Source: Convolutriloba macropyga (taxonomy: Eukaryota). From it: 64,000 bases of DNA. Both the position numbers and the translations under genes were made by a program. Position 1 is the stretch's first letter. Each line of letters begins with the position of its first letter. The stretch spans positions 5,704,001 through 5,768,000 of the forward strand of contig NC_134478.1 in NCBI RefSeq assembly GCF_964194025.1, in the 5' to 3' direction. Positions 63,686-64,000 of the stretch are shown piece by piece. The notes beneath the pieces were generated by a model, which was not told the origin of the DNA, searched no databases, and was given only the letters and a program-made list of their open reading frames with translations.

Positions 63686-64000
63686 CCGACCTCCGTCTCC
63701 GACCTCTAAACTCTTCTCCCGACATCAATGTCCAGCAGGATGGCTGGTGTGAATAATGTTCATGTAGGTCCATCAACGTGAACGGAAGGTCTCAGAGATT
63801 GTTAGAATCGTGTCGACATCCAGAGAACAACTTCCGACATGCACTTCGTGATCGAACACGGCTGTGGTGTGTGTGTGTGTGTGGGGGGGGGAGGTGAACG
63901 CCTGAAATAAATAGATCAAATTAAATGAAATAATTACCATGATGGGGGGCTATAGTTTATCCGACCACTAAGCTGGGGGGGGGGGGGGGCTAAAATGGGA

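Overview
AT-rich eukaryotic (probably invertebrate animal) genomic window dominated by repeats. The one clear host gene is a two-exon, ~910-aa PARP12/ZAP(PARP13)-like protein on the + strand (tandem CCCH zinc fingers, a duplicated ZnF-WWE-WWE module, PARP domain with an H-Y-V triad). Exon 1 (10279-10484) joins exon 2 (36366-38892) in frame across a 25.9-kb GT-AG intron. About 24 kb of that intron is a tandem array of ~39 monomers of ~580 bp. Each monomer carries a 72-nt tRNA-like unit (A box, B box, terminal stem) usually followed by a T5 Pol III terminator, on the same strand as the gene. The array has higher-order and mosaic structure and is interrupted by a CACTA/EnSpm-type non-autonomous element and a Helentron-like element; a second Helentron-like element lies near the intron 3' end. 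Upstream is a near full-length but disrupted CR1/L2-group LINE (SGNH esterase ORF1; ORF2 with a 2A ribosome-skip motif, APE and RT). Downstream are a LINE fragment, a possible hAT remnant, a ~3.5-kb near-identical duplication with Gypsy gag remnants and matching N gaps, a decayed Gypsy gag-pol element, hairpins, a SINE head and microsatellites. All calls are by eye; no searches were run.
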